This document shows, in pieces, positions 50,265 to 60,277 of a stretch of DNA of 64,000 nucleotides. Positions within the stretch are counted from its first letter, which is position 1, and each line of letters starts with the position of its first letter. Location: the NCBI GenBank assembly GCA_046292385.1, contig JBKBRF010000039.1:1-64000 (forward strand). Direction: 5' to 3'. Both the position numbers and the translations under genes were made by a program. The DNA is from Armatimonadota bacterium. Its GTDB lineage: Bacteria; Armatimonadota; SYMT01. The notes beneath the pieces are model-generated. The model saw only the letters and a list, made by a program, of their open reading frames with translations. It did not search any database and was not told where the DNA came from.

Positions 50265-51536
50265 GTGAATTCCTGGAAAGCCTCCGCCCTTGCCGCGCTC
50301 GGCGTCACCGGACTGGTGGCCGGCGCCGTCGCCCGCCAGCCGGTGGCCGCGGTCGCGCAGAGCGCGCCGAGCTGGCTGTCCGACTTCGAAGCAGCCCGCG
50401 CGCAGGCGCGGCAGTCCGGTAAGCCGATCTTCCTCGTCTTCCGGTGAGAGCGTTGAACGTCTTGCAAGACGCTTGACTCACAGGTGGTGAGTCCTCAAGA
50501 CCCCGAGCTCTCCAAACTGCTCACCGAATTCGTTCCCGCGCGCGTCGTCAACTTCAAGGGCGTCGACCTGAACCGCTTCCAGTTCGACTACGACCTGACG
50601 TTCGCGGTGCTGATGATGAACGCCGACGGGGTGACCTACTCCCGCTTCGGCACGCAGAACGCCGACCACTCGCCGGAGCTGATGTCGATCGCCGGGCTGA
50701 AACAGGCGATGAAGGACGTGCTGGCGGTGCACCGGTCCGGCACGACAGCCGCACCGCCCGCGAAGCAGGCGCCGCTCACGATCGCGGACATCCCCGCGTT
50801 CGCCCGCACGAAGCAGGCGAGCGAGGCGTGCTACCACTGCCACTACGCCAATAACGCCCGGATCGACACGCTGAAGCTGGAGGGCAAGTTCCGTAAGGAG
50901 ATGCTGTTCCAGTACCCGCATCCGGAGAACGTCGGCCTCACGCTCGACCCGGACCGGAACAACGTGGTGAAGGCGGTCCTTCCCGGCTCCCCCGCGGAGA
51001 CTGCGGGGCTCAGGGCGGGCGACCGGATCGCTCGGGCTAATGGCGCGCGGGTCATCACGGGGGCGGACCTTCAGTTCGCGCTGAATCCGGTCCCGGACCC
51101 GGGCTCGATTACGCTGGAGGTGACCCGCGGCGAGCAGAAGCTGCCAGCCGCGAAGCTGGAGCTGCCGCGCGGCTGGCGGCGCACTGACATCAGCTGGCGC
51201 GCCTCCCAGGGCGGGATTTCGCCGACGATGGGCTTCTGGGGCCGGCCGCTGACCGACGAGCAGAAGCGCCCGCACGGCATCGCGCCGGACCGCCTGGCGA
51301 TCGAGGCGAACTTCATGTTCCCCGGCCCGGTCTGGGAGAAGTCGCGCGGCGGGCTGCAGAACGGCGACCTCGTGGTGGAGGTGAACGGGAAGTCGCTCCC
51401 GAGCATGACGATGCGCCAGTTCCACACCTACTTCCGTCTGAACCACGAGGTGGGGGAGACCGTCACGGTGCAGGTGCTCCGCGGCGGGAAGAAGGTTGAC
51501 CTGCGGGTCCCCTGCATCGAGGCGCCGGAAGAGTAG
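50265..51536 (+). CDS. Secreted thioredoxin-like/CxxCH/PDZ protein, probable double selenoprotein (U-x-x-U-x-x-C)
   Basis: AAGGAG RBS and GTG 50265; signal peptide; KPIFLVFR-TGA-ER-TGA-TSCKTLDSQVV joins ORFs 49986-50447 and 50484-51536 in frame; FQFDYDLTF, CYHCH, two PDZ domains. Confidence 0.8.
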
Positions 51537-51602
51537 ACGGAGAGACAGAGCGACAGAGGGACGGAGGGACGGAGAGAGTCGGCGACACCGCGTCGGTGTG
51601 CT

Positions 51603-52814
51603 TCACTCTCTCCGCCCCTCGGCAAGGCCTGCCCCGATGATCAGCTCGATCAGTCGCGCGATGTCCCTGGCGGTCATCCGCGGGTACATTGGGAGGTAGA
51701 CCAGGCGGCGCAGCAGTGCCGCCGCTCGAGCGGGATGCAACTCGGGACGGTCCGCCGGTGCCGGTACTTCGATCAGGCTGGAGGCTCCCCGGGTGGCGTC
51801 GAAGCCGTGTTTCCGGAGGAGGTGGACCAGCGCATCGGGTTCATCCGACTCGATCGGCAGCAGCCACGGAGCGCGGTGCCCGGCCTGCGATCCGGGGAAG
51901 CTGACCTCCGGAAGCGCGGCCCGGACCTCCCGCGTAAACCGCTCCCTTTCCTGGATCCGAAGGTGAGCGCCGGACCGGATGCGGCGGTCGAGCAGCCGGA
52001 GCAGCGGGGCGCAGGGTCGCCGGCGGAGGCGGGCCACCAGATCGGGACCGGAGAAGCCCCGCACTGCCTCACGGAGGAGACGATCGTAATCGATCTTTGC
52101 TGCCCGGCAGGCCGCGGTGAAGAGGGAGAAGCGCCGCGGCTCGGCGAGGCCCTTCAGCACGGCGAAGCGTGCGATCCGCGCGAGATACGCGCGCCGTGAC
52201 TGGAGCGGGTAACCACTCTGGAGGGCGATCACCCGCTTTCGCAGCTCCCCATCTCGGAACCGGAGCAGGGCTCCACCCAGGGCAGTCGACGGCTTGATCG
52301 GGCCGAAGCTGAACATGCTGACATCGGCTTCCGGGTGCCCGCGGTAGCCCGAGCCGTCGTACGCCTGGGCGCAGTCTTCCAGCAGCAGCAGCGAGTGTCT
52401 GCGCGCAGCTTCCGCGACGGCATCCAGCGGCTCGCGGCAGCCGAAGAGCGGCGCGGCCAGAACTGCCCGGGTGCAGGGTGTCACCGCCCGATCGATGGCG
52501 GCGGCCTCGATGGAGAGGGTGGCCGGATCGAGGTCGAGCGGCACCGGCACGAGCCCATGCCATTCCATCAGGCGTACCATGTTCGGGATGGTGAGCGCCG
52601 ACGTGAGCACTTCGCTGCCGGTCGGGAGGGCGAGCGCCTGGAGCGTGAGGTCGAAGCCGCTGCGGACCGACAGGCACGCGACGGCATCTCCCGCCGGCGA
52701 CCAGCGCGCCTCCAGCCGCTCCCGGACCTCCGGCTCACCGCCGGGCAGGACGGAGTAGCCGGTTGCCGCGAGAAGGTCGGTCCACTCGATGTCGAGGGAG
52801 GCGCGGGGGATCAA
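51603..52814 (-). CDS. DegT/DnrJ/EryC1/StrS-family PLP aminotransferase
   Basis: EDCAQA, MFSFGPIK..TA.GGA, YLP.YP. Confidence 0.85.
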   Translation of the reverse strand: MIPRASLDIEWTDLLAATGYSVLPGGEPEVRERLEARWSPAGDAVACLSVRSGFDLTLQALALPTGSEVLTSALTIPNMVRLMEWHGLVPVPLDLDPATLSIEAAAIDRAVTPCTRAVLAAPLFGCREPLDAVAEAARRHSLLLLEDCAQAYDGSGYRGHPEADVSMFSFGPIKPSTALGGALLRFRDGELRKRVIALQSGYPLQSRRAYLARIARFAVLKGLAEPRRFSLFTAACRAAKIDYDRLLREAVRGFSGPDLVARLRRRPCAPLLRLLDRRIRSGAHLRIQERERFTREVRAALPEVSFPGSQAGHRAPWLLPIESDEPDALVHLLRKHGFDATRGASSLIEVPAPADRPELHPARAAALLRRLVYLPMYPRMTARDIARLIELIIGAGLAEGRRE

Positions 52815-52897
52815 CGGTCACTCCGCCGGCCGCAGAATCCGGGCGGCCGGTTAGCCGTTCGCGAGCACCGGCGGAGCGACCTGTTTCCGCGGCAGGC

Positions 52898-55800
52898 TTA
52901 TCCCCAGGCCAGTCCCTCCTCTCGGAGGCGGTGGTAGGGGTGCGCGGTCTGGAGCCACTGGCGGTAGACCTCCGCCGTGAGGCCGAGCATGCGGCCGCGG
53001 CGGCCTTCCCGCTCCGTCTCCTCCAGCCGGAGCAGCCCCACGGCGTTCAGCTTCTCCACCGCGGCGCGGAAGACGTAGGGTCGCAGGCTCGGGTCGTCCT
53101 GTGCCGCCGACTGCAGGAGGTCGTCTTCCCACCGCGTCTCGCCGCGCGGGCACTGCTCGGCGAAGAAGGAGATCAGCAGTCGCTCGGGCGCCTCGAGCTG
53201 GCCCCAGACGTGGTCCAGGTGCGCGCCCGCCGCGGCGATGACGGGTCCACTCTCCGCCTCCACGTCGTCCCGCGTCACGTTCCGCTTCCGGAGCCGGTTC
53301 AGCCGCTCCACCAGGTGGAAGCCGAACATCTGCGTGAAGTAGGGGTGCGCGCCGGCCAGCTCCAGCACCGCCTGCAGCGCCTCTTCGTCGTAGGTGACGC
53401 CCGCGGAGCGGACCGGCTCCTCCACCAGCGCCACGGCATCCTGCGGGCGGAGGAAGTCGACGTTCAGGAAGACGCCGATGTTGAACAGGAAGGTGACGTA
53501 GTTCGCCGCGAACTGCCGCAGGATGTGCGTGCCGGAGAAGAGGAACTCGATCCCCTCCGAGTGCTGCATCAGGTGCCGCAGGTAGTCGAAGGCGCGGGAG
53601 TCGAAGGTCCCCTTCATCACGCGCTGGGCGAGCACTTCGAACTCGTCCAGCATCAAGAGCACGCGCCCGCCGCCCAGCTTCCGCCGCACCTCCGGCAGAA
53701 TGACCGTCTCGAACTGGTAGTCGGGCGGGCTCTGGCTGAACTCCGCGAAGCCCGGGAGCTCCACGTTGACCCCGCGCTCCGCCAGCGCGTCTTTCATCCG
53801 CCACGCCAGCCACCAGACGAAGCCGGGGAGGTCGGTGGCGGTGAGGCCCTGGAGGTCGATGAAGAGCGGGGTCAGGTCGCCCGTGAGGCGGTACTGGAGC
53901 TGCTTCAGCGCGGAGGTCTTACCGCTCCGGCGCTCGCCGATCAGGATCAGGATCGTCCGCTGCGCCGGACGGATTAGCCGCTCCCGGACGTTCTGGATGA
54001 TGTCTTCCCGCCCGACGAAGACCGGCGCGCCGCTTTCCAGCGGGGTGCCGACCACATACGGGTTCGGAATTCGCCGGAAGCCGTCGGTGGGGGCGGCGCC
54101 GACCAGCCGTGCCGGGAGCAACGGCGTGCGGCAGTTGCCGCAGAGCCCCGGCAGCGCCTCCGCCTGCGCGCCGAGGACATTCTCGCACTCGGGGCAGAGG
54201 TAGGTCTCTCCGCGGCGCAGCCACTCCGTCTCCTGCGCGGCGGGGGTGCGGGCGTACTCTTCCAGCAGCTCGTCGTAGCGCGCCGCGGCGGCGACCGCTG
54301 CCAGGCGCAGCGCGCGCTCGCGGGCGGAGGGATCGACGCCGGGGAAGGTGACGCGGGACGCGCCTTCGCCGCGGACTGCCCGCTCGATCTGGAGCGCGCA
54401 CCACTCGACGCCGCGCGACTGCACCGTCCGGTCGGCTGCTTGCGAGGCTGCCTGCAGTGCGGGGAGGTCGCCCGCGAGCTGCCGGACGGCGCGGTCCCAC
54501 TCGGCGGGAAGCGGCATGCGGCGGCCCAGCTCGTCCGCCGGTACCAGGCTGGGCGGGAGGGGGATCACGCCCTCCACCGTGTGCAGGTAGCCGAACGCGA
54601 GCCCGAGAAACAGGGCGTCGGACGCGTCCCGCAGGCGCGTGCGGGAGACGAGGCCGGCGGCGTACCAGGGGAGGTCGGCCCGGCTGAAGGCGGTGCCGAC
54701 CTCCCGCAGCGCGGGTCCCTCGAACGCCTCCGCAAGCTGGATGAAGGCGGGGCAGCGTGCCAGGGAGAAGCCGGGATGCTCCGCCAGCGCGGTGAGATAC
54801 TGCGGAGCCCGGGAGCCGGCGAGGCGGATCGAGCGCTCGGCGCCGGCCCCCTCCACCACCAGCGCCAGCGCCTTCGGCACTTCGTTCGCCTTGGCGTCGC
54901 TGAAGAAGACGAGCTCATACTCCGAGGCCATCCCCGCGGGGCGCGCGTGCGGTGGCTCCAGGCCGGGGAGCGCGGCGGCGCCGTTCACCAGCGTCCGCAG
55001 CCGGTACTCCAGCTCCATCGGGTCCCGGTACTGCTCCGCCAGCCGCTGGAAGGCGCTCGCGGAGAGCCAGCCGCGCAGGCGGTCCTCCAGGCGCCGGAAG
55101 AGGTCCAGGTCGATCCGCTGCAGCAGCTCGCCGGCCGCGCGCTCCGGCCCCGCCGCGGGGGCCGCCGAGCCGGCGGCGAGCCACGCGGGCGCCGCGGCGT
55201 CCCGCTCGGCCGGCGCGGCGTCGAGGAGCGACCGTCCCGGCATGGCGAGCAGGCCGTCCTCGCGGCGGACCAGCCACTCCACCCAGCCCTTCCGCAGCTC
55301 CCGGAGCGCGTCCCGCTCGTCTTCCGGGCGGCAGAACGGCAGCCGCCAGCCGCTGTGCGCCACGAACGGCGTCTCCCGGCCCGGCAGCCGCAGCAGGCCG
55401 AGCGCGAGGCGTCCCTCTTCTTCCTCTCGCCGCAGCCATTCCAGCAGCGACGATTCCTGGTCCGCCCAGGCGGAGGAGAACGCCCCCAGCCGGGAGGCGA
55501 CCGCCCTGGCGCGCTCGCCCCAGATGCGGAGCGGCGCCTCCACGCTCGCCCGCAGCTCGCGGAGGAACGGGAGCGACTCCATCCGCAGCGTGTGCGCCAC
55601 GGAAGCGGCGGCGACGCGCTCGTAGTCTTTCGCCAGCGCCCGCAGCGCCGTTCCCCGCCACGGGATCAGGAACGGGTCCCGCCGGGCGGCACCGACCGCC
55701 GTGATGAGCCGCAGCCGGGAGGCGGCGATCGCGTCCCGCGCCGCCTGCCACTCGCCCGCGGGGTCGCTCACGGTGCGCAGCTCCGCGGCCGCTTCCAGGA

Positions 55801-57121
55801 GGACGCGGCCGGTGCGGTCGAGGCTCTGCTCCTCCCGCTCCATCCACTCCGCAGAGCGGCGGCGCAGCTCGTCCAGCGCCTGCTCCGTCAGCTCGCGGGT
55901 GCGGTCGGCCGCCGGGCCCTTCCCCGGGCGCCCGGAAGCCGGAGGAGTGCCGACCGCCTCCCGCAGCGCCTCCTCCAGCTCCGCGTCCATGCCCTGCCAC
56001 TGGGAGACCGGCGCGCGGTGGATCCACGGCAGGCGCGTGCGCACCGGGCGCAGCACCCCCTCGCCGCTGCCGTCGCGCGCGGCGGCGAGCTGCCCGGTGA
56101 CCCGCTCCGCCAGCGCCTGGGGATCGGTGAGCGGGACGCTCCCATGCAGCTCCTGCAGGTGCGGCGGGTGCTCGCCGTGCAGCCAGGAGGCGACCGATCG
56201 CCGCACCAGGTTGCGGTAGACCGCGCGGACCAGCCGCTCCTCCGGATACTCCACCCACTCCGTGCCGAAGGTGCCGAAGCGCTGCGGGTTGCCGTCCGGA
56301 TCGACCGGCGCCACCGCCCCCTCGCGGCTCTCCCGCTCCCGCGCCCAGGTGCCGGCGTCCGCCCCGCAGGCGGTGAGCAGGTAGATCGAGGCGCGGTCCT
56401 GCTGCTCGGAGAGCGGGATCAGGTTCCCCTCGGCGTCGAGCGAGGTGAGCAGCGATACCCGCTGGAACGGCGCTTCCCGGGTGGAGTACGGCTCTTCGCC
56501 GGAAAGGTGCGCGGAGTAGAGGGTCCGCGGGTCGGCGTAGTAGTGAAGCTCCGTTAGCGCCGCGAAGGCGTTGCGTCCGGCGTCCGCCTCCGTGTGCGGC
56601 GGGACCAGCAGGATCGCCCGGCTCTCGACCGGTGTCTGCCCGGCACTCTGGCGCAGCAGGTAGCCGAGGTCCGCCGCGACCGCTCCCCCGGTGCCGCCTC
56701 CGGCCCCCGCCACCACGAAGACCCGCCGGGACGCCGCTCCCGCGGTGTCGGCAAGCCACTGGCCCAGGCGGCTCGCCACGAGGTCCCGGTTCTCCGGCAG
56801 CAGGAAGAGGAAGCGGCCCAGCATCCGCGAGCCGCGCGCGCCCTGCTCTACGTTCCCGGCGCCCCGGAGCACGTCTCGCTCCACCCATTCCGCGTGGAAC
56901 CGCTCCGGCGCCCGGTAGGCCGCGTCGAGGAGCGCCGCCGTGGCGGTGAGCACTACCGTCTCCCCGCCGGACGCCTCCGCGGCGGTGCGGTCGGTATCGA
57001 GCAGCAGGAAGCGGACCTCGCCGCCGCCCGCCTCCAGCGCCGCCGCGCCGAGCCGCTCCCGCAGCCGCCGGGCGACTTCGACTCCGACACCGCCCACGCC
57101 GATGACGAGGGTCTCACTCAT
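52898..57121 (-). CDS. Tubulin/FtsZ-like GTPase, helical region, Zn ribbon and STAND-type P-loop NTPase fusion (1407 aa)
   Basis: N-terminal IGVGGVG and GGGTGG; CPEC..CGNC; NPYVVG.P..FVGRE, Walker A GERRSGKT, Walker B LLMLDEFE, LAGAHPY; winged-helix-like C-terminus. Confidence 0.8.
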   Translation of the reverse strand: MSETLVIGVGGVGVEVARRLRERLGAAALEAGGGEVRFLLLDTDRTAAEASGGETVVLTATAALLDAAYRAPERFHAEWVERDVLRGAGNVEQGARGSRMLGRFLFLLPENRDLVASRLGQWLADTAGAASRRVFVVAGAGGGTGGAVAADLGYLLRQSAGQTPVESRAILLVPPHTEADAGRNAFAALTELHYYADPRTLYSAHLSGEEPYSTREAPFQRVSLLTSLDAEGNLIPLSEQQDRASIYLLTACGADAGTWARERESREGAVAPVDPDGNPQRFGTFGTEWVEYPEERLVRAVYRNLVRRSVASWLHGEHPPHLQELHGSVPLTDPQALAERVTGQLAAARDGSGEGVLRPVRTRLPWIHRAPVSQWQGMDAELEEALREAVGTPPASGRPGKGPAADRTRELTEQALDELRRRSAEWMEREEQSLDRTGRVLLEAAAELRTVSDPAGEWQAARDAIAASRLRLITAVGAARRDPFLIPWRGTALRALAKDYERVAAASVAHTLRMESLPFLRELRASVEAPLRIWGERARAVASRLGAFSSAWADQESSLLEWLRREEEEGRLALGLLRLPGRETPFVAHSGWRLPFCRPEDERDALRELRKGWVEWLVRREDGLLAMPGRSLLDAAPAERDAAAPAWLAAGSAAPAAGPERAAGELLQRIDLDLFRRLEDRLRGWLSASAFQRLAEQYRDPMELEYRLRTLVNGAAALPGLEPPHARPAGMASEYELVFFSDAKANEVPKALALVVEGAGAERSIRLAGSRAPQYLTALAEHPGFSLARCPAFIQLAEAFEGPALREVGTAFSRADLPWYAAGLVSRTRLRDASDALFLGLAFGYLHTVEGVIPLPPSLVPADELGRRMPLPAEWDRAVRQLAGDLPALQAASQAADRTVQSRGVEWCALQIERAVRGEGASRVTFPGVDPSARERALRLAAVAAAARYDELLEEYARTPAAQETEWLRRGETYLCPECENVLGAQAEALPGLCGNCRTPLLPARLVGAAPTDGFRRIPNPYVVGTPLESGAPVFVGREDIIQNVRERLIRPAQRTILILIGERRSGKTSALKQLQYRLTGDLTPLFIDLQGLTATDLPGFVWWLAWRMKDALAERGVNVELPGFAEFSQSPPDYQFETVILPEVRRKLGGGRVLLMLDEFEVLAQRVMKGTFDSRAFDYLRHLMQHSEGIEFLFSGTHILRQFAANYVTFLFNIGVFLNVDFLRPQDAVALVEEPVRSAGVTYDEEALQAVLELAGAHPYFTQMFGFHLVERLNRLRKRNVTRDDVEAESGPVIAAAGAHLDHVWGQLEAPERLLISFFAEQCPRGETRWEDDLLQSAAQDDPSLRPYVFRAAVEKLNAVGLLRLEETEREGRRGRMLGLTAEVYRQWLQTAHPYHRLREEGLAWG

Positions 57122-57440
57122 GGCCGGTCCTCCGCAGTCCCGCGCCGCGCGGGAGGGTCACCACCGCCAGTACCAGGAGCACCGCCCCGACGGCGATCTC
57201 CGCGATCCGGAGCGTCGACGCCAGCCCCGGATCCGCGACGTAGCGCGGCCACCAGAAGCCGTTCACGTAGGCGACCCACACCGCGAAGCCGGCGAGCTTA
57301 CCCGCGCGCGTCGCCCAGAAGAGCTGCGTGGAGCGCGGCTTCAGAAGCTCCAGCCCGAGCCGGAACACCGCGAAATCTGCCAGGAGCGCGAGCGGGATCG
57401 AGGCGGCGAGCCAGCCCCATCCCTCCGAGGAAATGTTCAT
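57114..57440 (-). CDS. Small 3-TM membrane protein overlapping the start of the tubulin-like gene
   Basis: GGAGG RBS and ATG 57440 (MNISSEGWGW); three hydrophobic helices; 8-nt overlap. Confidence 0.7.
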   Translation of the reverse strand: MNISSEGWGWLAASIPLALLADFAVFRLGLELLKPRSTQLFWATRAGKLAGFAVWVAYVNGFWWPRYVADPGLASTLRIAEIAVGAVLLVLAVVTLPRGAGLRRTGHE

Positions 57441-57730
57441 CCAGGTACCTCCCGCCGGCGGGCGACCGGCCTGGAGAAGCGGCAAGTAGCTGTTCGACCG
57501 GCCCCTGTGAGCCATTGTTCCGCGCCTCCCGGTTGACCTGCAACCGCCCACCCGAACCTTCCTGGAGCCGGTCACGGCTCTCGAGACGCTGCGGCGCTGG
57601 GCAGGCTCGCTTGCTACCTGCGCTCAGCGCCTCACGCTCGATCGTCGCCAGTCGCGTCGACTCCTCGTCGGGAGCAGGCCTTGGGTGCCTGGAGGCTCCG
57701 CCGGAGGCGGGGCTGGAGGGCACCATTTGT

Positions 57731-57925
57731 GAAGACCCCTGGCGAGGGGTCTTCGCTTGAGCCGGACGGAGCGGCCCGTGAATCGCAGCAACGGGACAGC
57801 CGCCGTCTTCGGACGCGGGGCGCAGCCGAGCGAGGCGCACGCCCGCAGCGCCCGCTAGCGGAGGCGCAGCCGGAGCGTGAAAGGGCAGCGGAGGGCCAAA
57901 CACGCGGGAGGGCCGCTCCGTCCGG
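57731..57925. repeat. Structured intergenic element, copy 2
   Basis: 10-bp hairpin, 16-bp perfect closing stem and the core shared with 30852-30894. Confidence 0.75.
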
Positions 57926-58101
57926 TGAGGGCGCGGGGTGGAACCCCGGTGAGATGGTGCTCTCGTCAAGAAAAGCTCTCCTGCCCCAGAAAGTGCTGTC
58001 GCGCGGTGATGGCCGGAACTCTCTGACCGGCGCGCGCTCTTAAGAATCGGGCTCCCCGGGGACCCCGAGACCGGCGGCGCCCGCCGCCAGGAGAAGAGCC
58101 G

Positions 58102-59388
58102 ATGCTTCGAAGACTCTGCGCCGCGCTGCTCGTCGGTCTGCTCGCCGCGGCCTCCGCGGAAGCCCTCCAGAAGAGCGAGTGGCTGCCCGCGACCGCCTAC
58201 GCGATCCCCAAGGAAACCGCGCCGGAGGGGGAGGGCTACTTCTCCATCATCGAAGGCAAGAACCGGCGGCTCTACATCGGCACGCACGCGGACGGCGTCA
58301 ACTCCTGGCTGGTCGAGTTCGATCCACGGACCGGAAAGATGGAGAAGGTGGTCGACGCCCACCAGGCGATCGGCACGACCGCCCGGGGCTTCGCGGCACA
58401 GTCGAAGATCCACACGCGCAACAACGTCGGCGCGAGCGGCAAGATCTACTTCGGCACCAAGCAGGGCTACCCGAAGCCGGGCGAGAAGTGGACCGACTAC
58501 CCCGGCGGCTACCCGATGGTCTACGACCCGGCGACCCGGACCACGCGCGTCTACCCGATCCCGGTGCCGCACCAGGGGATCAGCAGCATCACCCCGGACG
58601 AGGCGCGCGGGGTCGCCTACATCTCCACCTGCTCTGACCGCCGTCCCGACCCGCTGGAGAGCGCGCATTTCCTGGTGCTCGACCTGAAGACCGGCAAGTA
58701 CCGCGACCTGCTCGACACGCACCACATCTACGCGTTCATCGTGGTCGACCACCGCGGGCGCGCCTACCATCCGATCGCCGGCGGCGACGTCGCCCGGTAC
58801 GACCCCTCCACCGGCAAGCTGGAGCGCCTGAAGCAGACGATCGATGGGCAGCCGCCCACGCCGGAGTCGCACCTCGCCGACGCGGAGAGCCATCCGATTA
58901 ACTGGGACATCTCGCCGGACGGCAAGACGCTCTACTCCGTGCCCATGAGCACGAACCAGCTCTACGCCTACTCCCTGGAGGGGAACGGCGACACCCTGCG
59001 CGGCCGCAGCCTGGGCGAGCTGATCCCGGGCGTGAAGGACACCGACTGCCGCGCCATGTGTGTTGGTCCCACGGGAGAGGTGTGGGTGGCGCTGACGCGG
59101 CCCGGCCCTTCCGGCATCCGCCAGCACCACCTGGTCAGCTACCGCCGCGGCGACAAGGTCCCGCGGGATCACGGCCCGGTCTCGATCCGAAACAAGGACT
59201 ACACGGAGCTGACCGACGCCTCCGGCAAGCCGCTCCCGTACCACGGCGGCGTCTTCACCACGCCCGAAGGGATCCTGACCACGCGCCACGTCATCCTGGG
59301 CGTGTGCCAGGGGCGGGATAAGTCGGTCTACGCCCTCGCGCTCCAGCCGTACACTCTCCTCCGCGTCGCACCCGGAGAGTTGAAGTAG
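58102..59388 (+). CDS. Secreted beta-propeller hypothetical protein
   Basis: Signal peptide; repeated (F/Y)DP.TG blades; GYFSIIEG..LYIGT, QSKIHT, IYFGTKQG. Confidence 0.75.
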   Translation: MLRRLCAALLVGLLAAASAEALQKSEWLPATAYAIPKETAPEGEGYFSIIEGKNRRLYIGTHADGVNSWLVEFDPRTGKMEKVVDAHQAIGTTARGFAAQSKIHTRNNVGASGKIYFGTKQGYPKPGEKWTDYPGGYPMVYDPATRTTRVYPIPVPHQGISSITPDEARGVAYISTCSDRRPDPLESAHFLVLDLKTGKYRDLLDTHHIYAFIVVDHRGRAYHPIAGGDVARYDPSTGKLERLKQTIDGQPPTPESHLADAESHPINWDISPDGKTLYSVPMSTNQLYAYSLEGNGDTLRGRSLGELIPGVKDTDCRAMCVGPTGEVWVALTRPGPSGIRQHHLVSYRRGDKVPRDHGPVSIRNKDYTELTDASGKPLPYHGGVFTTPEGILTTRHVILGVCQGRDKSVYALALQPYTLLRVAPGELK

Positions 59389-59993
59389 CCAAATCCAGAC
59401 CTCGCTCTAGATTTGATCCAGCCCGCCCTGGCCCGATGGAAACCTCGGCTCTATATCGAGTGACAGCCAAAGCGGCGCGCCAGCGCCTGCTTCCAGTCTA
59501 CGCCGACAACCACTATGAGAGTTTTCGCCTGGCGCAAAGTGTAGCATCCGGGAAGTACTCACCTCTTTGCTAAAGCAGGAATCAGCGCGAGAGGGAGGCC
59601 GAGCAAGCTCGTCACTCCGCAAAGGGACGAGAGGCCTGCCGCTCCGACGGCAGCCATCCGGGACGGAGCGTCCGCTCGACTCAAGGGCGTAGCCGGGCGG
59701 TACTGCCGGAGTGACGCGCTTGCGCGGCCCTTCTTGCGGGGTGAAGTCGACTCCATCCGGCGTGCTCGGCTCGACGAAAGCGCGTGACAGCACCGCCTCG
59801 CGCCCCCTCGGGAGCCTCAGAGCCTGTCACTACTTGCAGGATGCACCACTCCGGCGGATGCTGCTGCCTGTCGTCGAGGTGCTCCCTTCGAGATGCCTTG
59901 CTGGCGGCACCGCACCTTATGGTGCACCCGGGAAGTGCTGATCCGCTTTGCCGCTCCGGGGTGGAGAGGTAGACTCCGCAGAGAACTAACTGG

Positions 59994-60251
59994 ATGCCAA
60001 CCCTCGACCCTATCCACGCGCATCGGCATTCCAGTCTGCACCGAACGGCGGTATTGGCCAGTGATTGGTGCGGGTGCTTCTACTGCTGCCGAATCTTCTC
60101 TCCGGTCGCAATCGAGGAATGGACCGATGAGGGCGAGACGGCGATTTGCCCCTGGTGCGGCATCGATTCTGTCATCGGGTCAGAGTCCGGCTGCCCGATC
60201 ACCGAAGCATTCCTCAATGAGATGAAGGACTACTGGTTCTCTCCGGATTGA
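59994..60251 (+). CDS. Small Cys-rich hypothetical protein (CGCFYC...CP.CGIDSVIG)
   Basis: Zn-finger-like motif set with C-terminal FL.EM..YWF; lower GC. Confidence 0.75.
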   Translation: MPTLDPIHAHRHSSLHRTAVLASDWCGCFYCCRIFSPVAIEEWTDEGETAICPWCGIDSVIGSESGCPITEAFLNEMKDYWFSPD

Positions 60252-60277
60252 GCTCGCGCCCGAAGTAACGCTCTGTT

